Below are positions 43,423 to 55,294 of a stretch of DNA of 64,000 nt, one piece after another. The stretch covers positions 17,112,001 through 17,176,000 of the forward strand of contig JAQFVV010000009.1 in NCBI GenBank assembly GCA_028023455.1. Reading direction: 5' to 3'. The notes under the pieces were generated by a model, which had not been told where the DNA came from, did no database searches, and saw nothing but the letters and a program-made list of their open reading frames with translations. The translations under genes and the position numbers were made by a program. The DNA comes from Epiperipatus broadwayi. Its lineage: Eukaryota; Animalia; Onychophora. Each line of letters opens with the position of its first letter. The first letter of the stretch is position 1.

Positions 43423-44404
43423 ATTTTTAAAAATAATAATAACATAGTTATTAATAATAAATTGAAAAAAACACATTTGCATATACTCTTCATTTACTGA
43501 AAAAATAAAAATAAAAAAAACTTCCAATACTGTATTGTATTTTTTAGATAAAGTAAATAGCAAAACGTCTGACTTTCATTGTAATTTAATATATTCTGGA
43601 TAATACTTTTTTTCCCAATAACTTTTTGTTCTTATAGAAATATAATATAGTCTTGTTAACAAAAAACTATTATCTAACTGCTTTGATGTTTTTAAGTCAG
43701 TATTAACTTTAATTATATTCCACAATTTTATAAAACCTTTAGCATTTCATTTAGAAAACATTTTATTACATGAAATATTGGACATCAAATTTGGAAAGGA
43801 TAAAAAGAATAACATGCATGCGTTTTCAACATAAACCAAAATTTTTTTATTAATGAACATGATTGTTTATCATTCTCAGAGACAGAAAAATAGTTATTGC
43901 TATAATTTAAAATTTACTTACAAAACTGTTTTAAAAAATATAATCACATACAACACTCAGAAATGGAAAATGGCTCCTTGAGCATTATAAAATGTATTAA
44001 ATTTGCAAATTTTAATGTTTTTTTTTTGTTATTGTTTTTTGTTTATTTTCATTTTTGTTTGTTTACATTTTTTTATGAATAGCATATAATTGAAGTCATG
44101 TACTTTGCAGCTTCACTGTAATTACTAATTTTTTATTATAATTATTATTATATTTATAAAATAATCACGTAAAGTGGGGATGCATGTATATCAGAAATAA
44201 AGGGTCTGTGAATAGATTTAAAAGAAGAGATTAACGCCTATTATAATTAAATTTTCAAAATAATTAGCCTATGTTTCAATATATATATACATTCAATAAT
44301 CATAATATCTGTATATATATATATTTAATATCTATAAAAATAGATATCAATCAATATCATTTTCAATAAATGATTTTGCTATATAAATTATTTAGTGTTC
44401 TGTG

Positions 44405-44840
44405 TTTTTCTGAAGGTTTGTGATGATGGTGTTCTAGCTGTATTTTTATATTGGACTATTTCCATCATCTAATATCTGTGTTGAATGTCTTTAGAAAAGT
44501 TTAATTTTAGTTAAATATTCCAAATGCATTCAACTGTTAGTAATATCACAGCAAACAGGTTAGTCTATGCACCAACTGTTAATAATATCACAGCAAACAA
44601 ATGTTAGTAATATCACAGCTAACAAGTTAGTATATGCACTAACTGTTAGTAATATCACAGCAAACAGGTTGATATTACTAACAGTTAGTGCATATACTAA
44701 CTTGTTTACTGTGATATTACTAACATTTGTTTGCTGTGATATTACTAACAGTTGGTGCATATACTAACCTGTCTGCTGTGATATTACTAACAGTTGAATG
44801 CATTTGGAATATTTAACTAAAATTAAACTTTCCTAAAGAC
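44405..44840. mobile_element. Fold-back insertion made of a PLE 3' end with ~41-bp minisatellite arms
   Basis: Palindrome 44486-44841 centred at ~44663; 15-bp TSD atttagtgttctgtg at 44390-44404 and 44841-44855; 44440-44571 is the reverse complement of ~46565-46690. Confidence 0.85.
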
Positions 44841-46017
44841 ATTTAGTGTTCTGTGCCATTTTTATCTCATGAATCTCATTTCAAATATGTACACTTGAGA
44901 AATCATATTCTGAGTTGGAAAAGTGCTGACATATTAAAAGTATAAAATTGGGATGGTGTTGCCAGAAAGTAATATATTCATAGATATTCTTTCAAAAATG
45001 AAAGTAGTACTCAAAAAAGTTAAGGGGTGGCATAATTCAAGTCTCATATAAAAAAAAAAATACTTATTGATGAAAGTTAAGTTCATCGCTTTAAATAATG
45101 GCTTGGTATATAGTGATCAGGAATTATAATCTGGGTACCTTATATAAAATAGTTATATAAATGATATATGATTTGACCATCAATCTTAATCAAACCTAAT
45201 TAAGAGATTTAAATGTTTATTATTATATTTGTTTACGATAATAAAGAGAATAGAACTTCTTGTGTTACATTCATCTATCTGTGTTTTTGTCAGTCATCAA
45301 CAATAACACTATTCATGTTCCTGATATACTAAACAAGTTGCAATTTATTTACATAACTTTTTTTTTAATCTTGAATTAACATGTATTAATAAAATAATAG
45401 TAAATATAATACAGTAAATAAATATCATTTTAAAAGAAAAATTAAAAATAAAACCTCGTTCAATCAATATTTGTAAATTAATAAACCTAATTGGCATAGG
45501 CACCATGTTCCTATTTTATCTTTCATAATTCAATAACTCTACTTAAGACTTCCTCCTGTTTGCTTAAATATCCTCATATGGAGCTGAGGACATTCTATTA
45601 TGCATCATGAGAATCATTTTGCATCTATTTTCACTGCAGCTAACTATATTTATGAGTTAAAAACTATTATACTTTAGTTTTTCTGTCAGTTAATGGAAGC
45701 TATAGTCAAAGGGGATATGCATTTACATTTTAGAAAGGTCAAATTTAAGCGGGAATCAATTACTCGGTTTAGAGCTAAAGATGCTATGATACTACTTGAA
45801 AATATTGCTAAAAAAATCTTAAATAACAACAATCTTAAAGAGACAACAAAAAGAACTATCAAAAGAAAAAACAATTACTGGTACTGTAATGTACCCATAC
45901 ATTCCAAAAATAGCAGACAAATTAAGAAAAATCTGCAATCAGTATAATATCACAACAGCTTTCCAAAACTATACTACACTATAAGGAATTCTAACATCTA
46001 CAAAGCCTAAAATTGAA

Positions 46018-46359
46018 ATGCTAAAAAGAAAAAACCGCATCTATAAAATACAATGTGAATGTGGAAGAATGTATATTGGTGAGACTTGTCGTCCCATTGA
46101 AAATTACTTACAAGTACACAAACTGATGATTAGAAGAGAGAAAACAAATGTGTCTAAGGTAGCAAACCATGTATGTACCAGTAAACATATGTTCAATTTG
46201 GTAAATATAAAAATATCGGATAGAGAAGAAAAGATACAAAGAAGAAAATTTAAAGAAGCTGCTCATATGATAATGGTGAACAACCCCATAAGTCAACCTA
46301 GTGTGACTATACATAATGTATGGAAATCACTAATCATCTTTGCTCTTAGGAAAAAGTGA
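46018..46359 (+). pseudogene. GIY-YIG endonuclease domain of a PLE
   Basis: IYKIQCECGRMYIGETCR...H...ANHV...H.F...KFKEA. Confidence 0.85.
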
Positions 46360-46417
46360 AGAAATCAGGTGGAATTTCATAGATAAGTATATGAAATTTC
46401 TACTGACTGTTGTCTTT

Positions 46418-46500
46418 GGCAGTTTGGCTCAGTTGGTTAGAACATTACCTTAAAATTCAATATTCAAGAATCTAAGGGTCCACGTTCAATTCCCATGCTA
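46418..46500 (+). other. tRNA-like module (A and B boxes) in the PLE 3' region
   Basis: TGGCTCAGTTGGTTAG (A box, from 46425) and GTTCAATTCC (B box, ~46484-46493); no intact cloverleaf. Confidence 0.55.
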
Positions 46501-49473
46501 GTATTGTCACTGATCAGGCCAGCAATACATGAAGAGTGAAGAATAATACTGCTCGAAAGATGTGCATATACTAATCTGTGTGCTATTACTAACAGTTGAA
46601 TGTATTTGGAATATTTAAAAAGTTAATTTTTTCTAAAGGCATTCAATACTAATATTAGATGAAGGAAATAATCCAATATACAAATATAATTTATAATGAA
46701 TGAATAAAAGTTGTATGTTTGAATTATTAGTAAATTTTACTTATTATGGAAACACTAGAAAACCATGAGTGGATTAATAAATGCTATCACAGTTGTATAT
46801 ATATATATATTTAGTAAGTGCATATTTTAAATACTTAAGCAATTCAAAACATTGTTAATGATTCTTTTATTAAATTAAAAATATACCAGCGAGCCATTAA
46901 TTATATAATATTAATTTTCCATATTCCCTCAAGACTTTATTGTTTAAGTATCATCATGAGAATTTTTTATCACAAACTTTTAAATAGCTCAAGATATGAT
47001 TGGGTAATATGTGTACACATATATCAAAGATTAAAGGTTATCTCTATTTACATGGATATTATCTCCTTATTTCTATATAAAGATTTTCATCTTTATTGTT
47101 TAAAGGAGGTTGTCATGACAACAGATTGAGATTGGTGATTGTTATTACTATTGACATTGTTTAAGTGCTGAGTGCTTTCAAGTATTTATATATTCTTGTG
47201 TATATATATTGTTTCTATTTTAAATGAAAAATTTGCCAAATAGTCATAGTTTTGGATTAAACTAATATTTTATCTAATTCCAGATTTTTTTCCCGGAAAA
47301 TAATAGTTTAGATTTTTTCCTTTACAAAGATTTTGGTGAATTTTGGCTAATTAAAATTTTAATAATTTCCATTTTTAAATTTCAAATTGACATTTTATTT
47401 TTAATCTGCTATTCTTTGCATTGCTATTCAAAATTAAAATCTCCAATCCTTTAAAAATAATTAATATCCTTTTCTCAACTTAATATGAATGGCATAGAAA
47501 AGTTTATTCAAAAGTTTTCTGCTAGATAATTCAGTTTTTAAAAAATCAAATCTAAAGAAAAAAATAAAATGTAAATAACCTTAAAACTTAAATATTATAT
47601 AGATCAGAATGTTGTTTCAAATCCTCCAAATCTAATATCACTGCAGAATTATCTAATTATGTCACTTTTACTATAAATAATATTGTTACTAAAGTTTTAC
47701 TTCTTTCCATTCTTCTGTTTGTAAAATAAAAAACTAATAATTAATTGTGTCTGCTAATTTTTCTGAGAAAGCCCAATTAATTCCTGAAACTTTTGTCAAC
47801 TATAAATCTAATATTCAAATCTTAGCCGTTATCCTTTCCCCCCTCTACATATTCTATCATGAGGAGATCAACTGGAACTATCTTTCAATATTTTATCATA
47901 ATTTATCTATTAACTCAGCTAAACTTAAAGTTCTTCCAAGCTCTTCATTAATTATTCAGATCTTTATAAATAGTATTAACTTTATTCTTATTTTAATATT
48001 CATATACTGAAGTGACTTTATTGCAAACTCATAAACAAGCCAGTTAGCCAACCAATATTAGTTGGTAAATTATCTACTTAATCTTAAGTTGGAAAATACA
48101 GGTCTCAAGATAATATAACAATCAAATAAATATTGATTAATTGGTTTATAAAATAATAATTTGATAGTAGCATGATGTAGTTTTCATATGCAATGAGCAT
48201 ATTAGAAGCACAAAGCTAAATTTTTTTAAAATAAAAAATTACTCTATTAAATAATTTAATAAATAAACTTATCTTAGGCAATAGTTTAGATTTAATATCA
48301 AACAAATATAGAAAACACATGCCCATCTTATTTAAAAAACTAAAGATACTTTTAATTTATACTACTGACTACAAAAATTTTAACTGCAATAATTTTTATT
48401 CTGAAAAATAAAGCAACATATAAAATTTAATTTATTATTTTTATAAAAATAAATCATATAATATTCTAAAATTGTCTATAGTTAACAAGCTACTATTAAA
48501 GTGATACTTTCAAATAGATGAGCAATAATCTATTGTTGTTGTTGTTTTACAAACTATACAAATAAAATAAAAATTAAAAAAAACTGAAACTATTTATGAC
48601 ATATAAACCTGTTATTAAGAATGATGAAGAAGTCTAAAGTTAAATTTTCCAGTTTCTAAAAAAATGAGTTTATTCATAGACGTTTTTAGTTAATATATAA
48701 ACACTCTTATAAACTGCAATAAATTTGGATGAACATGATTCAAGAGACTACTTTGCTGTCTACAGAATTTTATATTTAATGATTTATTTGTTCTATAATA
48801 ATGGTACAGTTAAAAGATTATGGTTGTGCCATAGGAGCAATATGACATAAATTTAAAAAAATATAAGGAAATTTTTTGAATACGATAAATTATAAGAGTA
48901 AGAATAAACCTATTTACATTTAGGTTGTAGTTTGGAATTCTCACTGAGATGTAACAATACTGAGACCTTTAATATAAAAGATATTATATTTTTCCTAATT
49001 ATAAACATGTTTTAATTAATTATTATTTGTGTAATGAATTTCCTTAATATAAAAGTGGCAATAGTTTGTTTTAGTTTTTCATACTTATTTCATTTTATTG
49101 TCTTTAATCATTTAGGTTAATAGAAACTGGCCATTGGGGGTTTCTTATCATTAGTTATCTACCCCAACTGACAGATAATTATGCAACCATATCTCCACCC
49201 TTTAATTTTATATATAGAAATTCCATAACCAAATTTTTTATTTCTTTGTTTCTTTGATTTTAACTTTTGATTCTCTCACTTTCTATTTTTCTTTCTTTGT
49301 TTTTAACCTTTAATTCTTTGACTCTCTAACTTTTTTTTTACTTCTTCTGAAATTTATGGTAATTTACAATCTCTTTAATAGAAGAATAAATAAAATGCAT
49401 TATTAATTAAGAATTATATTAAAAAACTTTGATTAACATAGTTGCCATCAATATTAAAAAGATATTTCCTCAG

Positions 49474-50005
49474 AAGCCTTCTGGCATCCATTGATTACTC
49501 TGGTTGGCCCTGAGTGGCACTACTGTATGGAGAGTTTTGCCTGTTTTAATAACAGTAATGTGCTAGCATAAAAAATAGTGATCATATGATGTTTAGTGGT
49601 TTAACACCAATCCTGCCTAATAGGATAGTGGTGGCTATGGTTGTTAAAGAGCCAAAGACATCAAAATGTATAGGTACTGAAGTGGATTCAGACCCATATG
49701 ATTATATAAGCTATTGAGCTTAGATTGAAAATATTATTGTGTTTTAAATTTTATTCTAATAGTTTTGTAGTTAAGTAGAGATAAAAGGTGGCTTCTGGAG
49801 GATTGCATTAGATCCTAAGATCTAGGTGCAGTGCTCTCAGATGCAAAGCTCATCACTGATGAAGGCCACAAGCCAGAAACTAGTCTGGGGATATTGGATG
49901 AGTAGGCACTAGATAGGAATTTTGTGCACAAGCCTTCTGGCATCCATTGATTGCTGTGGTTGGCACTGAGTGGCACTACTATATGGAGAGTTTTGCCTGT
50001 TTTAA
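49474..50005 (+). mobile_element. Retrozyme-like insertion 2: one ~456-bp unit plus ~76-bp terminal redundancy
   Basis: aagccttctggcatcc...gttttgcctgttttaa occurs at both ends (from ~49474 and ~49930). Confidence 0.85.
49841..49899 (+). ncRNA. Type I hammerhead ribozyme
   Basis: CTGATGA 49856-49862; GGC/GCC stem II; GAAACTAGTC with predicted cleavage after 49885; one stem I mismatch. Confidence 0.85.
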
Positions 50006-50406
50006 GAAACAATTATTTAAGGAACTTTTTTAATTGTTAACAATTTGCTGGAAAGAAGAAAGAAATAATTACTATCAAATTTTCTTTATTAGTTTAAATT
50101 CTGTTGAGATATCATAGACTGACATTTTTATCTATGATTCATTATAATATTCAGATATACTATTGGTCTTTCAAGATATCAATGACATTTAAAAGATAAC
50201 AAATTAATAATATATAAACTGCCATTACTTGCACATATATTTTATATTATCAAAGTATATATTCACATGATCACCATTTCTTATGTTTGCTCATAACTGT
50301 TTTAAAACAGCAAAACTCTCCATATAGTAATGCAACTCAGTGCAAGCCAGAGTAATTAATGGATGCCGGAAGGCTTGTGCATAAAATCCCTAACTATTGT
50401 TTACCC

Positions 50407-50458
50407 ATTCAATATTTTCTGACTAGTTTCTAGCTTGTGGCTTTCATCAGTGAGGAGT
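50407..50458 (-). ncRNA. Hammerhead ribozyme with decayed stem I
   Basis: CTGATGA-A-AGC-CACAA-GCT-A-GAAA-CTAG-TC; 3' strand of stem I mutated (AGAAAA). Confidence 0.6.
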
Positions 50459-50964
50459 CTTAAGATCTAATGCAACCCTCCAGCAGCCATATTTTCTCTC
50501 TACTTAACTACAAAAGTATGAGAATAAAATTGAAAACACAATAATATTTTTTCAATCCAAGCTCATTAGCTTATATAGTGATATAGGTCTGAATTCAGTT
50601 CAGTACTCATACATTTTGGTGTTTTGGTTCTTTAATAACAATAGCCACCACTATCCTATTAGGCAGGATTAGTAATAAACCATTAAACATCACATGATCA
50701 CCATTTCTTATGCTTTCTCATAACTGTTATTAAAATAGACAAAACTCTTCATACAGTAGTGCCACTCATAATGGTACCTATGGTTACTAAAGAACCAAAG
50801 ACACCAAAATGCATGGGTGCTGAACTGAGTTCAGACCTATATGACTATATAAGCTAATGAACTTGGATTGAAAATATTATTGTGTTTTCCAATTTTATTC
50901 TCATAGTTTTGTAGTTAAATAGAGATCAAAGGTGGATCCTAAGATCTAGGTGCAGTGTTCTCAG

Positions 50965-51023
50965 ATCCAAGGCTCCTCACTGATGAAAGCCACGAGCTAG
51001 AAACTAGTTTGGGGATATTGTAT
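50965..51023 (+). ncRNA. Type I hammerhead ribozyme
   Basis: CTGATGA 50980-50986; AGC/GCT stem II; GAAACTAGTT with predicted cleavage after 51009; stem I TCCTCA/TGGGGA. Confidence 0.85.
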
Positions 51024-53398
51024 AGAAAAGCACTAGATAGGGATTTATGCACAAGCCTTCTGGCATCCATTGATTACTCTGGCTTGCACTGAGTGGCACT
51101 ACTGTATGGAGAGTTTTGCCTGTTTTAATTCAAATTATATATTGAATCTCATTCTTGAAAGCATATAAATCTCAATAATTTTTAGGATATAATTATTACC
51201 AAAAAAATTATTTGCACTCTTTATTGATATTTAAAAATATAAGCCAAGAAATATACCAAGACAATATTTAAATAGACATTTATAACCAATTGTAAATATG
51301 TATTAAATACTATATTAGTGTCATTCATGGGTAAGTCCTTTTTAAAATAAAAATAGCTGTTTAAGATCATCAAAATGTTTATTTAATACCTTTAAAAAAT
51401 AGTACAATGTAAAAACATTTTATTTTTTTAGTGATTGTATTCTAAAAAATATAGATTTTTTTTTTTCTATTATAAGATTTGAAATATAAAATACATTGGT
51501 TAGTTGTAATTAGTAAATTTTGAAACCAAAATTTTGGCCAACAAGAAAACTGTTTTATCTTTATTGACAGAATTGTATAACAAATAATGAATTGATACAT
51601 ATGATTATGATGCTATTAAAAGTTCTTTATCATTCCATGTCACATCACATATGATTCCTCAGCCATCTACCTCATTTGACTTCATCAATAAAGATTTATG
51701 ATCCAAGGCTGGAACTAATTAATTCCTTCAAACTATTTAACCTAATAATCAGATATTCAAAAAACCATTAAGGTTTTAAACCTAAACCAGCTTGCTTCAA
51801 TATCTAGCATCAATATGTTTAAGTTATGCTACTGTAGTTTCTTTCAGCTCTTTGGCAAGAAACACTAAAACCAACAAAACAAAACGATTTTCTCAATTAA
51901 ACTAGCTTAAAGAATAAGCGGATCCATTCTATTCTTGATCCTTTAACAATAAAGTATTATTCATTCATAACTTGAGAGGAGAATGGTTTACTCCACTATT
52001 CAAGCTAATAATCTGAAATTAAAAATAAAAAAAACTAGGAAGATTTTGAATCCAAGTCATAGTCAAATAAATCATTTGCAATTATAGAGATCTGAAACAA
52101 TATCACTAGCTATATGTATATATATTCAAGCACACAAATGAATTTTATTATAGTTGTATTATTGTACCATAATAATGTAAATTTTCAAAACAAATAAATT
52201 ATTTAACGTCAATTAGTTCTTCCTAAATGAAATATGTGATTAATTAAGTACACTTAATTCATTCTAATATAATAATCTTGAATACAAATAGTCTACTAAT
52301 TAAATATTAAATCTTGAATGAATATGGTTTACAAAACTTATTTGGTTGTTATAATAACTGTAATTTAGCATTATATATTCATGGATAAAAGGTATGAATG
52401 CAACTTTCAGGAGAGAGAGAAAATAAAAGTTGATTAATATTATGCAGATAAAAATTCTAAAACAGATTAATAGGTGCAATATAAATAAAAATAAACAGCA
52501 ATCAGAAGAATTGAGAAAAATATATACAAAATAAAACTTAGAATGATAATTCAGTATTATTCTTAATAACAATATTTATATTTAATGTAAACATAAATTA
52601 TAAATTTAAAAGTAATGTCAATATTGATGTTATAAAGTATAAACAGTTTAAAAAACGAAATAATTTAAAAATATTAATCTTAACAAATTATATATAAATT
52701 AAATATAATTTCAAATAATGTTGATTAAATCATTTTAAAGAGGTCTACTAGAAAAAAAAATGAAGATAAGAAACATATTTAAAAAAACCACATCAATAAG
52801 GAACAACCTGGGGGTAATTAATAATTAATAGGTATGAAAATGACTAAATATCCTTTTCTTCTTTCTTTCTTTTTTAACAATTAATTTTATTAATTCAAAA
52901 GACTAAAGGTCTGTCTCACTTTATTTTCTTAGAATATACAGCCAAATAATAGTAAAATACTAATGAAAAAAATAAAGCTAATTGATTATCATTTTAAGAA
53001 AAAAAAAAAATTCTCTTTAACTAACCTGACCCACTTCTAGTAATGATGGATTAGTGATATAGGTTTTCTTTAGAAAAACAATGGAACTTTTAATATATAT
53101 AAGATGTTTAATAATGCAGTTAACCATGTACATACCATCTCCACACCTATAAGAAAAAAAAAAACCTTAGATATATATTTATATCTGTGGGTGTGTCTTC
53201 CAGCAAAGTGTAATTAATAAAATTCTAAGATAAAATGAAGGGTAAATCAAAACAGTAGGATGCTATTTTGTTTAAACAATATGTTGAAATACATAATAAG
53301 CAAAACTCTCTCCATACAGTAGTGCCACTCTAAGCAAGACAGGGTAATCAATGGATGCCAGAAGGCTTATGCATAAAATCCCTATCTATTGCCTACTC

Positions 53399-53457
53399 AT
53401 CCAATATCCCCAAACTAGTTTCTGGCTTATGGCCTTCGTCAGTGAGGAGCCTTGGAT
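53399..53457 (-). ncRNA. Type I hammerhead ribozyme
   Basis: CTGACGA, GGC/GCC, GAAACTAGTT; complete stem I and extension. Confidence 0.85.
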
Positions 53458-53856
53458 CTGAGAGTACTGCACCTAGATCTTAGGATCTAATGCAAACCTC
53501 AACCAGCCACCTTTTAACTCTACATAACTACTAAACTATGAGAATACAATTGAAAACACACAGATAACATCAATCTAAGCTCAATAGCTCAAATAGTCAT
53601 ATGGGTCTGAACTCAGTTCAGCACCCATACATTTTGGTGTCTTTGGCTCTTTTACAACCATAGCCACTACCTTCCTATAAGGCAGGATTGGTATTAAACC
53701 TTAAAACATCACATGATCACTATCTCTCATGCTTGCTCATAACTGTTGTTATAATAGGCAAAACTCTCTCAATACAGTAGTGCCACTCTAAGCAAGACAG
53801 AGTAATCAATGGATGCCAGAAGGCTTGTGCATAAAATCCCTATCTATTGCCTACTC

Positions 53857-53915
53857 ATCCAATATCCCCAAACTAGTTTCTGGCTTATGGCCTTCGTCAG
53901 TGAGGAGCCTAGGAT
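53857..53915 (-). ncRNA. Type I hammerhead ribozyme
   Basis: Same motif 458 bp away; one change in the stem I extension. Confidence 0.85.
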
Positions 53916-54319
53916 CTGAGAGTACTGCACCTAGATCTTAGGATCTGATGCAACCCTCCAGCAGCCACCTTTTAACTCTACATAACTACTAAACTATGAG
54001 AATAAAATTGAAAACACACAGATATTTTCAACAGTTATGAGCAAGCATGAAAGATAGTGATCATGTGATGTTTTAAGGTTTAATACCAATCCTGCCTTAC
54101 AGGAAGGTGGTGGCTATGGTTGTAAAAGAGCCAAAGACACCAAAATGTGTGGGTGCTGAACTGAGTTCAGACCCATATAACTATTTGAGCTATTGAGCTT
54201 AGATTGAAAATATCTGTGTGTTTTCAATTTTATTCTCATAGTTTAGTAGTTATGTACAGTTAAAAGGTGGCTGCTGGAGGGTTGTATCAGATCCTAAGAT
54301 CTAGGTGCAGTACTCTCAG

Positions 54320-54378
54320 ATCCAAGGCTCCTCACTGACAAAGGCCATAAGCCAGAAACTAGTTTGGGGATATTGGAT
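54320..54378 (+). ncRNA. Hammerhead ribozyme with a G8A core mutation (CTGACAA), predicted inactive
   Basis: Core at 54335-54341 reads CTGACAA. Confidence 0.8.
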
Positions 54379-54777
54379 GAGTAGGCACTAGATAGGGATT
54401 TTATGCACAAGCCTTCTGGCATCCATTGATTACTCTGTCTTGCTTAGAGTGGCACTACTGTATGGAGAGAGTTTTGCCTATTATAACAACAGTTATGAGC
54501 AAGCATGGAAGATAGTGATCATGTGATGTTTTAAGGTTTAATACCAATCCTGCCTTATAGGAAGGTGGTGGCTATGGTTGTAAAAGAGCCAAAGACACCA
54601 AAATGTATGGGTGCTGAACTGAGTTCAGACCCATATGACTATTTGAGCTATTGAGCTTAGATTGAAAATATCTGTGTGTTTTCAATTTTATTCTCATAGT
54701 TTAGTAGTTATGTAGAGTTAAAAGGTGGCTGCTGGAGGGTTGCATTAGATCCTAAGATCTAGGTGCAGTGCTCTCAG

Positions 54778-54836
54778 ATCCAAGGCTCCTCACTGACGAA
54801 GGCCATAAGCCAGAAACTAGTTTGGGGATATTGGAT
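54778..54836 (+). ncRNA. Type I hammerhead ribozyme
   Basis: ATCCAA-GGC-TCCTCA-CTGACGA-A-GGC-CATAA-GCC-A-GAAA-CTAG-TT / TGGGGA-TA-TTGGAT; predicted cleavage after 54822. Confidence 0.9.
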
Positions 54837-55235
54837 GAGTAGGCACTAGATAGGGATTTTATGCACAAGCCTTCTGGCATCCATTGATTACTCTGTCTTG
54901 CTTAGAGTGGCACTACTGTATGGAGAGAGTTTTGCCTATTATAACAACAGTTATGAGCAAGCATGGAAGATAGTGATCATGTGATGTTTTAAGGTTTAAT
55001 ACCAATCCTGCCTTATAGGAAGGTGGTGGCTATGGTTGTAAAAGAGCCAAAGACACCAAAATGTATGGGTGCTGAACTGAGTTCAGACCCATATGACTAT
55101 TTGAGCTATTGAGCTTAGATTGAAAATATCTGTGTGTTTTCAATTTTATTCTCATAGTTTAGTAGTTATGTAGAGTTAAAAGGTGGCTGCTGGAGGGTTG
55201 CATTAGATCCTAAGATCTAGGTGCAGTGCTCTCAG

Positions 55236-55294
55236 ATCCAAGGCTCCTCACTGACGAAGGCCATAAGCCAGAAACTAGTTTGGGGATATTGGAT
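55236..55294 (+). ncRNA. Type I hammerhead ribozyme
   Basis: Same motif as 54778-54836; predicted cleavage after 55280. Confidence 0.9.

Larger units (their letters stand above)
45690..46690 (+). mobile_element. 5'-truncated Penelope-like element (RT C-terminus, GIY-YIG, 3' region)
   Basis: ORF 45693-45947 (NVPIHSK..RQIKKNLQ linker) followed by the GIY-YIG ORF; 3' end homologous to the 44405-44840 fold-back. Confidence 0.8.
50264..51129. mobile_element. Retrozyme-like insertion 3 (fold-back)
   Basis: Minus arm 50264-50768, plus arm ~50778-51129; 14-bp TSD with one mismatch (tcaaagtatatatt 50250-50263; tcaaattatatatt 51130-51143). Confidence 0.85.

Noticed and set aside
2190-52572. Most short ORFs in the supplied track (e.g. 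2190-2375, 6577-6878, 17721-18916, 32263-32514, 44560-44767, 52300-52572)
   Set aside because: Low-complexity products of AT-rich DNA, antisense shadows of TE ORFs, or palindrome artefacts.
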